This document shows, in pieces, positions 1 to 13,766 of a stretch of DNA of 64,000 nucleotides. This DNA comes from Octopus sinensis (Eukaryota). The position numbers and the translations under genes are program-made. Within the stretch, counting starts at the first letter, position 1. Each line of letters begins with the position of its first letter. The notes under the pieces are model-generated. The model ran no database searches. It had not been told where the DNA came from and saw only the letters and a list, made by a program, of their open reading frames with translations. Location of the stretch: contig NC_043006.1 in the NCBI RefSeq assembly GCF_006345805.1, forward strand, positions 41,168,001 to 41,232,000. Direction: 5' to 3'.

Positions 1-157
1 CGTTTACATTGACGCCAGTAGTCATCTAGTACTTATTTTATCGACCCCGATAAGATGAAGGGTATTTGAACTCGGCGGCATTTGAACTCAGAACTTAATG
101 ACAGACGAAATTCCACTAAGCAGTTTGCTGGGTGTGCTAATGGTTGTGCCAGCTCGC
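1..157 (-). mobile_element. tRNA-derived SINE, family B (runs off the window edge)
   Basis: Reverse complement reads gcgagctggcacaaccattagcac...gagttcaaatgccgccgag...ggggtcgataaaataagtac, matching the copies at 5224, 44985, 49110 and 61592. Confidence 0.8.
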
Positions 158-637
158 TTTGTCGGAACATTAATAGCAGATTCTTACTTAGAAAGAAATC
201 CACTAATATTCGAATTGCAGTCTGTTGTTTACTGAGACTGAAGACATACAAGGTAGAGTAAGGAAAAGAATATTGATTTGGTCTATGGAAAGAAGTTGTA
301 ACACAATTGGTCTTCGGAGACTCCCTGCCCGACATCAGTAGAATCTCTTAAACAATGTTTGGTTGGATGAAGACGTAAAAAGCCAAATTAACATTAAAGA
401 GATTTAAAAATACGCAACTAAATAATGCACAAATTCTAATATGAGATTTTAAACTTAAACTAATCAAAACAAAATTTGTAGTTGAATACTTTAAATGAGT
501 TATTACTAAAACAATTTAAAATATCTAAATGATTGACCTAAAATAATTATCTTACTTAGGAGCATTGATCAAAGTTCCACTTCTCATATGACCTCTTTGG
601 CCAGCCCCCTCTCTCTTTATTCATTGAACTCAATCTG

Positions 638-708
638 TTAACAACAACAACAACAACAACAACAACAATAATGATAATAATAATAATAATAATAACAACG
701 ACGACGAC
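638..708. repeat. Compound (AAC)n(AAT)n(GAC)n microsatellite
   Basis: Directly visible trinucleotide runs. Confidence 0.95.
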
Positions 709-1469
709 AAATTACGGTCGCCACAACAAAAACAATAATAAAAAAATCTACTAAAATCAATCAATAGATAATAATATAAACATTTGAAATAAAAAAAGGA
801 GCCATTATACTGACTGTTTTTGCAATCGTAACCAAACTATTTGGACATTCTTATACTGACAGACTGACATCATCAAATTGATGAATAGTTGATAGGCCAT
901 AAAGATTTGGAACCGTAACTATTTTCAGACAAACATTTGTCCGATTTACGGCTGAACAATTCTGTTAAATTCTACTTATAAAGTAAAAAAAAACAACAAC
1001 AACAAAAAACATAAAAAAAACTGCGAAATAAAATGTCAAAATATAACCCTGATTGGTGTCAGATGTGGCAGATGTGGTGGGCGTGGTGGGTGAAGCGAAT
1101 GGTTCTCTTATATTAGCAGCAATCAGAAGGTAACGGTTAGTAGGTATTTTATACAAGGACGATTGAATGCCGACCAGACAAAATGTATACTTGGGTCAAT
1201 TAAGTCTCCAAACTATATCATAAACACACGCTTTCCTACAGCTTACTACAATGCTACAGTCTAGGAATCTAGGGAACAGCTCACACTGTCTAAATCCAGT
1301 GATTTGTTAGGGTGCCGAATGTGTCTTACTACTTCAATTATACAAAAAACACCCATTTTTATTATTTAGTTTTCATGCAGAAAACATCTACCGGTAGTTT
1401 ATTCCAATAGTACTGGAAATTATTCATGGGCACACAAGCTTCACATCTTGGTATAAACTTATACTACGT

Positions 1470-1630
1470 AGGTGTAGGAGTGGCTGTGTGGTAAGTAGCT
1501 TGCTTACGAACCAAATGGTTCCGGTTCAGTCCCACAGCGTGGAATCTTGGGCGAGTAGCCTCGGGCCGCCCAAAGCCTTGTGAGTGGATTTGGTAGACGG
1601 AAACTGAAAGAAGCCCGTTGTATATATGTA

Positions 1631-1729
<99 letters not shown>

Positions 1730-1940
1730 GTGTGTGTGTGTGTGTATGTTTGTCCCCCAACATCAATTGACAACCGATGCTGGTGTGTTCACGTCCCCGT
1801 AACTTAGCGATTCGGCAAAAGTGACCGATAGAATAAGTACTAGGCCTACAAAGAATAAGTCCTGGGGGTCGATTTGCTCGACTAAAGGCGTGCTCCAGCA
1901 TGGCCACAGTCAAATGACTGAAACAAGTAAAAGAATAAAG
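1470..1940 (+). mobile_element. Full-length tRNA-derived SINE, family A, with internal (TA)n
   Basis: Head ggagtggctgtgtggtaagtagcttgcttac (A-box-like TGGCTGTGTGG, B-box-like GGTTCAGTCC); body gtgagtggatttggtagacggaaactgaaagaagcccg; internal TA/GT tract; tail ttgacaaccgatgctggtgtg...gtcaaatgactgaaacaagtaaaaga. Recurs many times in the window. Confidence 0.9.
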
Positions 1941-2897
1941 AGAGAGAGAGAGTTATTTTGAGAAAGGGGTTTTGTATGAAGTATTATTTCCACTAATCAC
2001 AAAAGCAAGCACTTGATGTAATGATAGAAATAGTGTATATTCATCTATGTTAGAAACGACTATTCTAACGCTTTTAATGCGGCTAAATATTTTCTGTATC
2101 CGATATAACCTCGTAAGTAATACTCAATCTTAAGTTAAATATAACAAGACGGTGTTGAAAGGATTTCAAGTTCACGAATATTTTGTCAGTAACTTCGATA
2201 TTGATTAGCTGACCATGGAAATGTACTAAAGTATTAGTTGTACTAATTAATATGGACATCGACAAAAATCAACTATATTCATATAAGAGAATAGAACGAG
2301 ATTTACAACTATATGCTGTAAGGCATATTAACTCCAGTGATCTACCACTTCCGCTCACACACTGCCCCATGTTCGTCGCTATTTTTTGTTGAACAGCAAA
2401 CAATGTCGATATAGATTGTGTCTGTTATTCTGGTTTCCGGTTACAAGCCAATTACTATTCCAACTTGAAATTTGTGTTTACAATGCCATGTCTTGGAGAA
2501 AACATTATTGCCTGATTTTCGATATTCCCGATCTGGGGATATAGTTTCCGGTTACAAGTTTGTTTTCTTTGCTAACCGTAAATCTCCAGTTCACTAGATG
2601 TAGTTTATGTTCCATTGGGTTACTAGGCAATCCAAACAGCCAACCAAGAAGTTTCTCTCATTCAGCAAATTTTATGTTTGGAATATTGGTTTTTCGGTAA
2701 AGTTCTTTCTGCAGACGAATATATTGACAGAATTACAATATAGTAAAAAGTTTAAATAAATGGTTCTTTGATTTTTCTCATATTTTGTTTTTACATATGT
2801 ATTTAGTAATGTATGAGTTTTGTGTGTGTCCACATGCGTGAGTATGTGCGGTCATTTGGGCAAATATTACGTACATACAGAAATATATATATATATG

Positions 2898-2956
<59 letters not shown>

Positions 2957-4028
2957 TATATATGGATGTGTGTGTGTCTGTACGTGTGTGCCTGTGTGCA
3001 TGTTTGTATATATGTTTGTGTTTGTATTGCGTGTGAGCGTTTATGTATATATGCCTATATATGTGTGCATATATATATATATGTATATATATGCATATAT
3101 ATGTGTACGTACACATACATACACGCACACACACAGGCATACACACACGCACACACATATATATTTGAGTATATGTGGCTATACACACGCACGTGCACGG
3201 GAGTAATTGAGTGGAAAGAGTGAATGGATCGTAAGGGCTCCAGTGCTGATTAAATAAGCACCAGATATATTATTACAGCTCATAGGAAACCATTCTTATT
3301 CCCTGGAAACTAATGACTTTGTGCGTAAGTCAAAAACCAAATCAATCGCATGGCTTTCTATAAAGTTTTCAACAGAGGAAAAATATTAAACCCATTTTGG
3401 ATTTATGGTGTCAAGTTGGATGAGGTTTATAATGTCCGTTTTCTTTTTTGATTCTTTAACAGCATCAGCAATATAGTTTGAGCTGGGAAGAAAGAAGCTA
3501 TATTACGATAAACTTTCCTGGAAAAGGAACTGTGGATATGAATAGTGTTTTGTTGGCGCATTGGCTTTCGGTGAAAGAAAATGTTTGAGTGATGAAATGT
3601 AAAGAGGGAAATGTATGATAAAATACGATGTTTATTGAAAAAGTGCGAAATAGCTGAAGAAGTTAGATGCGATAATCTAAGTGAAAGGTAGTCGATAGAA
3701 AGCCAAAAAAAACAAACAAACAAAAAAGAACTTGATAATTTGAAAAGCGATTAATAATGTAGGGTGTGAGTGCATTGAAAAACACATGGATATACAGAAG
3801 AGTAGTAAAGATGCGATTCATACGAGGAGATTCTATATTAAATGAAAAACTGTCTAATATACTTTCACCGAATCAAAATATTCATTAGTTTTACCAGGAG
3901 CAGAAGAATATAATAATGTTGTAAGACTATTAGACATACACATACACATAAATCCGCATACACATACGCATAATTGCAGTCAAAGAGGTAGAGATACATC
4001 ACACACGCAAACACACACACAGAGGCAT

Positions 4029-4029
<1 letters not shown>

Positions 4030-4060
<31 letters not shown>

Positions 4061-4303
4061 GTCCCACAGAGGCATATACATACATATATATATATTATAT
4101 ATATATGTCCATATATATATATGTATATATATGGATATATATATATGGACATATATATATGTATGTATATATATGGATATATATATATGTATGTATATAT
4201 ATGGATATATATATATGTATATATATGTGTATATTTATATACATATAGATACATATTTATATATGTATATATATACATATATGTATATATGTATGTATAT
4301 ATA

Positions 4304-4343
<40 letters not shown>

Positions 4344-4420
4344 TAAAAAAATATATATATACATATATATATATGTATATATGTATGTATGTATATACAT
4401 ACATATATATATATCCATAA
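4030..4420. repeat. Compound (TA)n/(TACA)n/ATGG microsatellite
   Basis: Directly visible; source of the YIYI-type ORFs. Confidence 0.95.
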
Positions 4421-4661
4421 TGCCTACATTTAGATCGTAATTTTAGAAACCTCGACAAATATGAAAATAAGACTTTTTTTACGAAGTACCTTGATTGCCA
4501 ATGTAGCTATGATAATAACTACATTCGTGCATAGCGACTCACCATTTTATCCGTCCAGGTTTTTCTTAACCAATATACTATAAGCTATTATTTAATGTTG
4601 TTTTGCCATTCAAGACACTTCGTAAAACAGAATTATATATGTATCAAATCTATCTATCTAC

Positions 4662-4755
<94 letters not shown>

Positions 4756-4876
4756 CTATACAATATACGTACTCAAGACGAATACCTCAGTATTGTGGTT
4801 TTGTTACGATATATCCACATCAAGTAGAATATACGATCTGCCATACGGCCTTCCCACATCTGTGTGTGTGTGTGTG

Positions 4877-4975
<99 letters not shown>

Positions 4976-5223
4976 GTTGCTAACAGCGAACTGTACAGAA
5001 ACTTTCAGCTTATCGAATTTCCTCGTAACTTCGATATGGGAAAAAGTGTATAACCTTCGATGCCAATAAATTGTTCCTCACCGTACGCTATACACTTTTT
5101 GTTTTCTATACCTACCACAAACTGCTTCAATCTTATAGACTTCCTACGTTTGGATCCTTGGATCTTACCCTAATGTCTCTTTCTTTCTCTCTCTCTCTCT
5201 TTATATATATATATATATATATA

Positions 5224-5410
5224 TGTTGCAGAATAGTTAGCTTTGCGGCATTTCGTCCGTCGTTACCTCCTGAGTTCAAATTCCGCCGAGATCGACTTTG
5301 CTTTTCATCCTTTCGGTGGCGATAAAATAAGTACCAGTTGAGTACTGGGGTCGATGTAATCGACTTATCGCCAAAATTGTTGGTCCTATGACAAAACTTG
5401 AAACTAAAAC
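5224..5410 (+). mobile_element. SINE family B
   Basis: ctgagttcaaattccgccgagatcgactttgcttttcatcctttcgg...gataaaataagtaccagttgagtactggggtcgatgtaatcgact. Confidence 0.85.
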
Positions 5411-5431
5411 ACATACACACACATACACACA

Positions 5432-6020
5432 TTCTTTTATTCTTTTACTGGTTTCCGTCATTTGACTGCGGCCATGTTGGAGCACCGCCTTTACCCGAGC
5501 GAATCGAACCCAGGACTTATTCTTAGTACGCCTAGTACTTATTCTATCGCTCACTTTTGCCGAACCGGTAAGTTACGGTGACGTAAACACAGCAGCATCG
5601 GTTGTCAAGTGATGGTGGTGGGGCAAACATACACATATATGAAAGACCTTCGTATATGTATGTATTTAAACAAATCGACCGCGTTGCATATGCTTTTTTA
5701 TTAAAGTGCAGTAAATATTCTATCGGATTCTTTTGCCAAATCGCTAAGTTACTAGGGCATAAGCATAAGAACACCGGTTGTCTAACGGTAGGTGTATACG
5801 ACACTGGCAGACACTAAGACACATACACACGCACACTAACTCACACACACACAAATGCGTACGACAGGCGTTCATTCAATTTTCCTCTTCCAAAATCACT
5901 CACAAGGCATTGATCGATCCGGGGTTATAGTCGAATACACTTGCACAAGGGGCTACACATTGAACCCAAAGCAACATGGATGCTAAGCGAGAGTCTTATC
6001 CACACAAACATACCAGCACC
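5432..6020 (-). mobile_element. SINE family A, interrupted and decayed
   Basis: Reverse-complement tail at about 5432-5625 (gtcatttgactgcggccatg...catcggttgtcaag) and reverse-complement head at about 5855-6020 (ccaaaatcactcacaagg...tgaaccc). Confidence 0.75.
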
Positions 6021-7413
6021 TAAATCAGTTGTTATAAAACAGACTTTTACTAAATCATAATGAACAGCTTATCACATTTTGGCATTCAGCGTATGACACT
6101 ATGATATATTGACAGGCAATGGGTCATTTTGCAACACATGTCGTATAGTCATTATATATAATATTTATATATACGCAGTCTCCTTGTCGTAATAACAGCT
6201 TCCCTAAAACCATTAAGTAAAAACAATAATTTACGCTTAGTATGAATCGCGCTTAAGTATAATTTTCGATGTAATATATCGTAATATATCGTAATATAAT
6301 TGTATGGAAATTGATCAGTAATTAATCAAATGGTATTATAAGCGCAGTCATATGTTGGCATCATATTTGTCGTAGGTTTGTACCTAAATCGAGAGAGATT
6401 AATGCCAAATGAAATATATATTAATTGAAACATACAATAGACGGATACAAAAGCAGAATTCAGATAAAGTTAGTTGTAACTTTATGTCACGTATATTGTA
6501 TAATAACATACTATATTGTTTAATTTATTGAATAGCAAACTATGCTTATATCAATGATAACCTCTTACGTAGGCACAAACCCTTTGGTTGGACAAGAGTT
6601 GGTTAAAAAAATATGAAAATTAAAATGAAATAGTCTTATTGGAATTGACTTGTAGATGCGATTACCTGTGAGAAACTCGAGTGTAGCTAACTAGGAGACC
6701 TCTTCGCAGTGGATCAGCTTGCTAAAAATAGCAACCGAAAGACCGTCAAATCAGATCTTACTAGCCTAAAAATGAAAGGCTTTTGGATGATGTAAGTCTA
6801 TCTACCCCAAAATCTCTTGGAGGTTGCAAAGTTCATGGGCAAAGCTAGAATTCCTGAGTTAGAAAAATATCGTATTCGTTAGTTCAGTTGTTATCAATAG
6901 TTGTGTTAAAATCGGTTTCTTATGTAAACTGGATGTATAGAATATGGATGGAGGAAAGAAGAGAGAGAGGATGGAGAAAGAAAGATGAAATGAGAGAGAG
7001 AGAGAAACAGTGAATGAGAATATACGCACACGTAATACTCATATATTTTACGTGCAGTTATACATAACACAGTTAGAAGGTCTTTTGAATGATGTCGCAA
7101 TAACTTTTGATTTCATTTTTACAAGGAAAAAATTGACATTCTTATTCTCTTCGCTGACGTTCGACTGTGTCGGACAGTCTGACTAAAATAACAATCGGAA
7201 AAACTTTGAAACCGCTGCCAATCCTTTATATATATAAACAGTTTGATTCACATTCATTGTTACTCTGAGTTTTAAGCGTGAAGCTAATTTTCAGCCATAC
7301 CGTCAATCTTGAAACTCGGAGTACCAACGAATTTGAATCAAACTGTTTTTGATCCATTCATGTACCTCCCAATAAATATGTTGAGGGCCTTCCTTTCGTT
7401 TGTCCACTCACTC

Positions 7414-7491
<78 letters not shown>

Positions 7492-10014
7492 AGGTGAGTA
7501 AACCAAGAAAAGAACGTAGCACGTACCATATTCAGTTTTCAGGTGGAGTTGTATGAATTTAATAACAAGCTGATTTTCTCAACATTACTTAAAGTTTCAC
7601 GGGGATAGAACAGGTCTACATGATCAGATGTTTTGAGTTAGACTGGAACGCAATTAAAAATATTCAAAATGAGACTGTTTACGCCTCCATTGGTAATTTC
7701 AGGTGACGTGGGTGTATCAACTTTCTTAGTGGCATCAGGTACTTTATTGTATGCTTCATAGTGAGCAGATATGATGTTGGCGTCAGTTAGTCGGCATTCT
7801 GTACAAATTGGTATTTCAGCGACTATAGTTGCCACGAAAAGACTAACCGGTTTAATTGTGTCAGCTTATATATGATTTTTCGTTTCAAATATGGCTGTCG
7901 GATAATCGTGGGATGTAATCTCTCTACGGGCAGCGGTGGTGATATAGGCAAGTGTAGTATTTCTGGGTTATCAGCTGCTAATAAAGGTTAAATTACCAGT
8001 CCAAGACCATCGAGTGAGATCGTATGTGGTATCCGCTTCTGCATTTTTGCGTTCTGACGGCAACACTTGCAACGGCACAAGTGACAAGTTGTGTCGACTA
8101 TTTGTTTTTCCATTAAGCAACAACGGTGTCATTGAGAGAAGAAATTTGCGTGTATGCGTAACCTCTGTTCTTCAATTAAGAAATTGTTCAGCTCCACGTC
8201 ATGAAGAGATATTTTCCTGAAGCGAGAGTATAATCTCGTGTAAGATATGGAGATACCCACAATACATGACTGGTAATTACTTTATCAATTCTGGTGGAAT
8301 AAAGTACAAATTAGTCGCAGCTAGATTAAATTGCATAAGACAGAAAAGTAATATACTATATTTGATGGTATATAAAACATACTAGACTTAAAAGAAAGAA
8401 ATGTCTAAAAATAAGGGATGATCTCCTGAATTCAAATGTGGCAAAGGACAAGCTTACTGCTCGACATCGATAATATAAAGTACCAAATCAAATAGTAGGA
8501 AAGATTATAATCGAAATATACCTTCAAAAAAATTGAGGACATTGTTATATGTCAGAAATAAGTATTACTACCCTAATGGATGCGATGGCTGCAAAACTAA
8601 ATTATGCTAATTTACATTGAGTTTAAATATAGTATTCAACTCCTTCAAACATTGTCGGGCGGATAAATAAATAACATTTATGTAATGTCATAGGGTCGAG
8701 TAATTCGACTGAATCTTATTTCATAATGCATGGCCTTAGGCTGCTCATCATGGATATCAGTACTATCACCGTTGTATTAAAACATCATAACAATAATTAT
8801 TTTGTTAATCACAGATTATTAGGCATAGAAACACTCCTACTCGTTCTATCGGTACAACACTCACATACACATATACTGGCACAGGCACACACACACACAC
8901 GCACACACACGTACATATATGTACACACAAACACATACACGATCAGAGACTTATACTTACGTTCAAAAACTATCATGAATACATGCACACAAAAGCACCA
9001 CCTTAACACATGCACACACATGCACATATATGCACACACGTACAGGAACACGCATGCAGAATCATGCACATACACTTTCACTGACAACATATACACACGC
9101 TCACAATGACAAAACCTCCACAGGCATATATATACACACAGACATGCGCACAAATACAAACATACCCAATCACAGATATGTACTTAATCATACAAACAGG
9201 TACGTACACTTGGATACAAACACGAAGGCATTTCCCACCACACACATACACATGCACATGTGCATATATATATATATGTATGTATGTATGTATATCGGCA
9301 GTTTTCGTTACTGGACAGAATAAATATGATCAAACGGGTGTCTATTACCAGAATCGGTATAAAAACCGAAACTCCAAGTTTGTTGCAGAAAAATCTCTCA
9401 TTCCCTATCATTGGGATTCACTTTATGTTGAATATCTCTGATCTGGGGTTCTGGCAATGGTAAAAAATAATTTTCATCTTATGTCTTTGAATTTTAGAAT
9501 GAAACAGAAGATGTCTTTATTCTATGGTGATGCCATACAATAAAGACGTCTTCAGCTATAACGTTCATTTGATTGGTTATCGTAGTCTTTTGATATTCAA
9601 CTGAATAAGCGTTATAGCCTAAAATATTTGTTTTTTTTTATTTCTATTTTTATGGTTCATGAAGAAATGGGTGGGAGCAAAGCGAAAAAGGGGAAAGTGG
9701 GAAATGGTAAGTAGAGTAGAATAGCAAGGAATATTCAAAATTTTCTGCAATACTCGAAGAATATCGTTAGTATATAATTTAGCCATCATAAAATGAGATT
9801 GTGATGGCAGTCACATAATACATACACATACAAAGATGTATAGACTATATATATATATATATACATATATACACACACATATATATATAGATATATATAT
9901 ATATATATATATATAGATATATATATACATATATATATATAACACACATATATACATATATTAATATATATATATTATATATATAATATATATATATATA
10001 CACACACAACACAC

Positions 10015-10057
<43 letters not shown>

Positions 10058-11233
10058 CATACATATATACATACATAATATATATATATACTTATACAAT
10101 TTCAAAAGATAAACTACTATATATGTGTATGTGTATGTGTTTGTGCGTGTATACTTATATATGTATATATGTATGTATATATGTATATGTATATATATAT
10201 TTATATATATATATATGTGTGCGTTTGTATACTTATATATGTATATATATGTGTGTGTATGTGTGTGTGTGTATGCATATATGTCGGCAGAAAAAGGTTG
10301 ACAATGTGGGCGTAGACACACAGAATTACATATACTCACAAACACATGTGTGCATGCATATATATTTATGTGTGTGTGTGTGTGTGCGCGCGTATGCGTG
10401 TGTGCGTGCACGCACATGCATGGTTTGCGCGCAAACCATATTTTACAAATATATAGCCATAAACAGGTTGAAAAGCATATGTAGAGGAACACACGATTAC
10501 GCGTTAACATATAAGCGTATGTGTGCATGTGTGTGTGTAAGTTCATATGTTTGTGTGTCTGGGTGTGTATGTGTGTGTTAGTGTGTGTTGTGTGTGTGTG
10601 TGGAGATACGTACTACCAAAACACTGGAATAACAGTAGAGATGAAAGTGAAAGTAAAGTCGCGTACGGAACAAGACCCGTTGAAAGCTTACAGATAAGGA
10701 TATTGACACGTTCTCTCTTTGTCTCTTTGTCTCGTTGTCTCATTGTCCTCCTATCTCTTCATCTCTCTTTCTTCTCTATATCTTTCTCTCTCATGGGCAT
10801 TTGGATAACCTCACATACACAAATACACACGTTTATGTATGTATGTAACTGTATGTGTGTGCGCGTGTGCAGACGTGTGTACATGTTAGTATAAGTAAAA
10901 CCCACGTTACGAAAACCAATCTTATATTATACACACTCAAACACTTATTCAGAAATATAAGGTAAAATACATATTTAAACGCACATATATTACTCATATA
11001 AGCTCAGAATCACACACTGATACACGTATTAACACGCACACACACATATATATATATAGGTGCAGGAGTGGCTGTGTGGTAAGTAGCTTACTTCCCAACC
11101 ACATGGTTCCAGGTTCAGTCCTACTGCGTGGCAATTTGGGAAAATGTCCTCTAATACAGCTTCGGGCCGATCAAAGCCTTGTGAGTGGATTTGGTAGAAG
11201 GAAACTGAAAGAAGCCCGTCGTATGTTTATATA

Positions 11234-12511
11234 CGAGGGGCGTTCAATAAGTAATGCTTCTGGCCGACTTGCAGTTGTTTGATCTAGCTGAAAGTTTGCA
11301 TGTGCAATTATTTATATCTCTATAGATTAAGTGGAAAATTACAGCTCTGAACTAATAGTGGTTTCTGATTTACAGGTGTTTGAACTGAGTCAAGTGTGAA
11401 ATGGAGCCTGTTGAGTGTCGAGCAGTGATCGGTTTTGTATTTGAAAGGACGCACCACGGGAGACTTTTGATGAAATGAAAGTAACTTATGGTGATGATGC
11501 CCCATCATATGACCTTGTTAAAACGCTGGCATCGTGAATTCAAACATGGTCGGAAACTCTGTGGAACAGCTCCCAGATCGGTCGTCCCCTTCTGCCATTG
11601 ATGAGGCATCTGTCCGTCAAGTTGAGGCTGCCATTTTGGAAGATCGACGCATAACTATTCGCCAAATAGCCATGAGGTCAAGGTTAGTACCGGGTCTGTG
11701 GAAACATCATTCATGACCATTGCATATGCAAAAGGTGTCTGCCAGATGGATTCCCAGGTTGCTCACACATTTCCAGAAGAAGCAAGAACGCGTCGAGTGC
11801 TCGAGGATGAATTTGGAGATGTGCCAAAAAGATGAGTCAAATGTTTTCAAAAGACTGATTACACAGGATGAAACCTGGGTCCATCACATGATCCAGAGAC
11901 CAAAGCCCAGTCATTGCAGTGGAAGCACCGTGACTCACCTCCTAAAAGAAGGCAAGGTGCAGCCCTCAGCTGGCAAGGTCATGCTCACAGTCTTCTGGGA
12001 CCAGGACGGAGTAGTGATGACAGATTCTGGCAAAGGGTACCACAATTACAGGAGCCTATTATGCTTCACTTTTGAGGAAATTAAGAGAAGCTATCAAAAT
12101 CAAGAGGCGGGGCAAGATCAGCAAAGGCATCCTCCTCTTGCAGGACAACGCTCCGGTCCCAAACTCGCGTGTCGCAGATCAGAAGCACAGGCGTGCGGCT
12201 ATGAACTCCTCCACCATTCCCCTACTCTCCTGACCTTGCACCCTCTGATTTTCACCTCTTCCCAGCCATGAAGTTGTTTTTGAAAGGAAGCGTTCCCAGA
12301 TGATGCAGCCTTGATTTCTGAAGTCAATCGTGGTTGGAAGACCAAGCTGGGGTCTTCTACAAAAACGGTCTCCAGAGCTGCATCAAACGATGGTAGAAAT
12401 GCGTAACTCTGGGGTGGTTCCTATGTAGAAAAAGACTAATAACTGTGCCCAAGTTTCGTTGCTCTACTGCTATGGGAAGGGTCAGGGGCATTACTGATTG
12501 AACGCCCCTCG
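11234..12511 (+). mobile_element. Full-length (1278 bp) mariner DNA transposon, probably irritans/Hsmar2-like
   Basis: 24-bp TIRs cgaggggcgttcaataagtaatgc / gcattactgattgaacgcccctcg (1 mismatch); TA on both flanks (11232-33, 12512-13). Confidence 0.95.
11401..12439 (+). pseudogene. Frameshifted mariner (D,D34D-type) transposase
   Basis: Starts MEPVECRAVI. Motifs WIPRLLT (WVPHEL-like), ITQDETWVH, PSAGKVMLTVFWD, LLQDNAP and YSPDLAPSDFHLFP fall in different frames; ends YVEKD*. Confidence 0.92.
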
Positions 12512-12690
12512 TACATATATGTCTCTATATCTGCGTTTTGTCCTCCCCAAACATCGCTTGACAACCGACGCTAGTATGTTTACTTCACGTAACTAGCGGT
12601 TCGGCAAAGATACGATAGAATAAGTACTAGACTGAAACAAATTAAAGAATAAAACCATATATATATATATACATATATATATATCTACTA

Positions 12691-12730
<40 letters not shown>

Positions 12731-12758
12731 TATATTATTATATATATATATAATATAT

Positions 12759-12794
<36 letters not shown>

Positions 12795-13104
12795 GTATGT
12801 ATGTATGTATATAGATGCGTGTGGTGTGGTGGTTTTATTTAATTGTGTATGAGTTCTTGAATATGATTTTTTGTTAGTCATTTTGAAATTTCTTACATTT
12901 CTTATAAAATATTCAAGAAAAGCTCGAAGACTTGCATATATTCATACACACATAAAGCAGACGCACACACATGCACACCCATACACACACACCACACATA
13001 TATAATATTCCCGTTACTTGCTTCCATCGAACTTTTCTCCCGTGTTTTTCTGTTCAACATTTGATGCACATTTCTGTAGCGCAATGTACATCGCTTGTTT
13101 ACTT

Positions 13105-13136
<32 letters not shown>

Positions 13137-13649
13137 TTATAATATATATATATATATATATTGGAAGGTTTGGAGATGATGTACAGGTATATATATTAGA
13201 AGAAATGAGGTACTCAGAAAATCGGAGGTTGGTATTTACAGATATTTATTTGTATATTACATTTATTATATATCATATAACTTAGATCATGTATTAGCGC
13301 TTTCTCCCATTCTAATGGGGTTTTCAAATCAAACTAAATATATATATATATATATGTATAAAATAATAATAATAATAATAATAATAGTAGTAGAGTAGTA
13401 GTAGTAGTAGTAGTAGTAGTGTAGTAGTAGTAGGGACTATAATTCAAAAACTTAGAGGGAAAAATTCAAATTTAACAGTTTTAAATCAAATGCCACAATA
13501 TATAATATATTTATATAATTTAGAGAAAAACCTCTATTCAACAATTCAGTAAAGAAAGATGTTATTCAAACCATATAGAAAACATATACTATAAAAAAAC
13601 CTTATTATAAAAATCAATAAAGAAAAATTTATAGTAAATAGCAGAAAAA

Positions 13650-13766
13650 AGACTACGCGCGTTTCGTGGCTGTATTTTCAAATAGATGATAATTAATTCA
13701 ATTCGATTTTAAATTAAATCGAATTAAAATTAATTCCATTAAAAAATATAGTCACTCATCAGGTCT
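13650..13766 (-). ncRNA. Minimal type-I hammerhead ribozyme motif (HHR-1)
   Basis: Minus strand: agac-CTGATGA-gtgact...agccac-GAAA-c-gcgc-g-TA-gtct. Stem I is 4 bp, stem II is 5/6 bp plus a long extension, and helix III is the palindrome ACGCGCGT. Confidence 0.8.

Larger units (their letters stand above)
11058..12655 (+). mobile_element. SINE family A split by a mariner insertion
   Basis: Head and body at 11058-11231 (ggagtggctgtgtggtaagtagc...gaaagaagcccgtcgtatg); tail resumes after 12513 (gcttgacaaccgacgctag...gatagaataagtactag). Confidence 0.85.
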
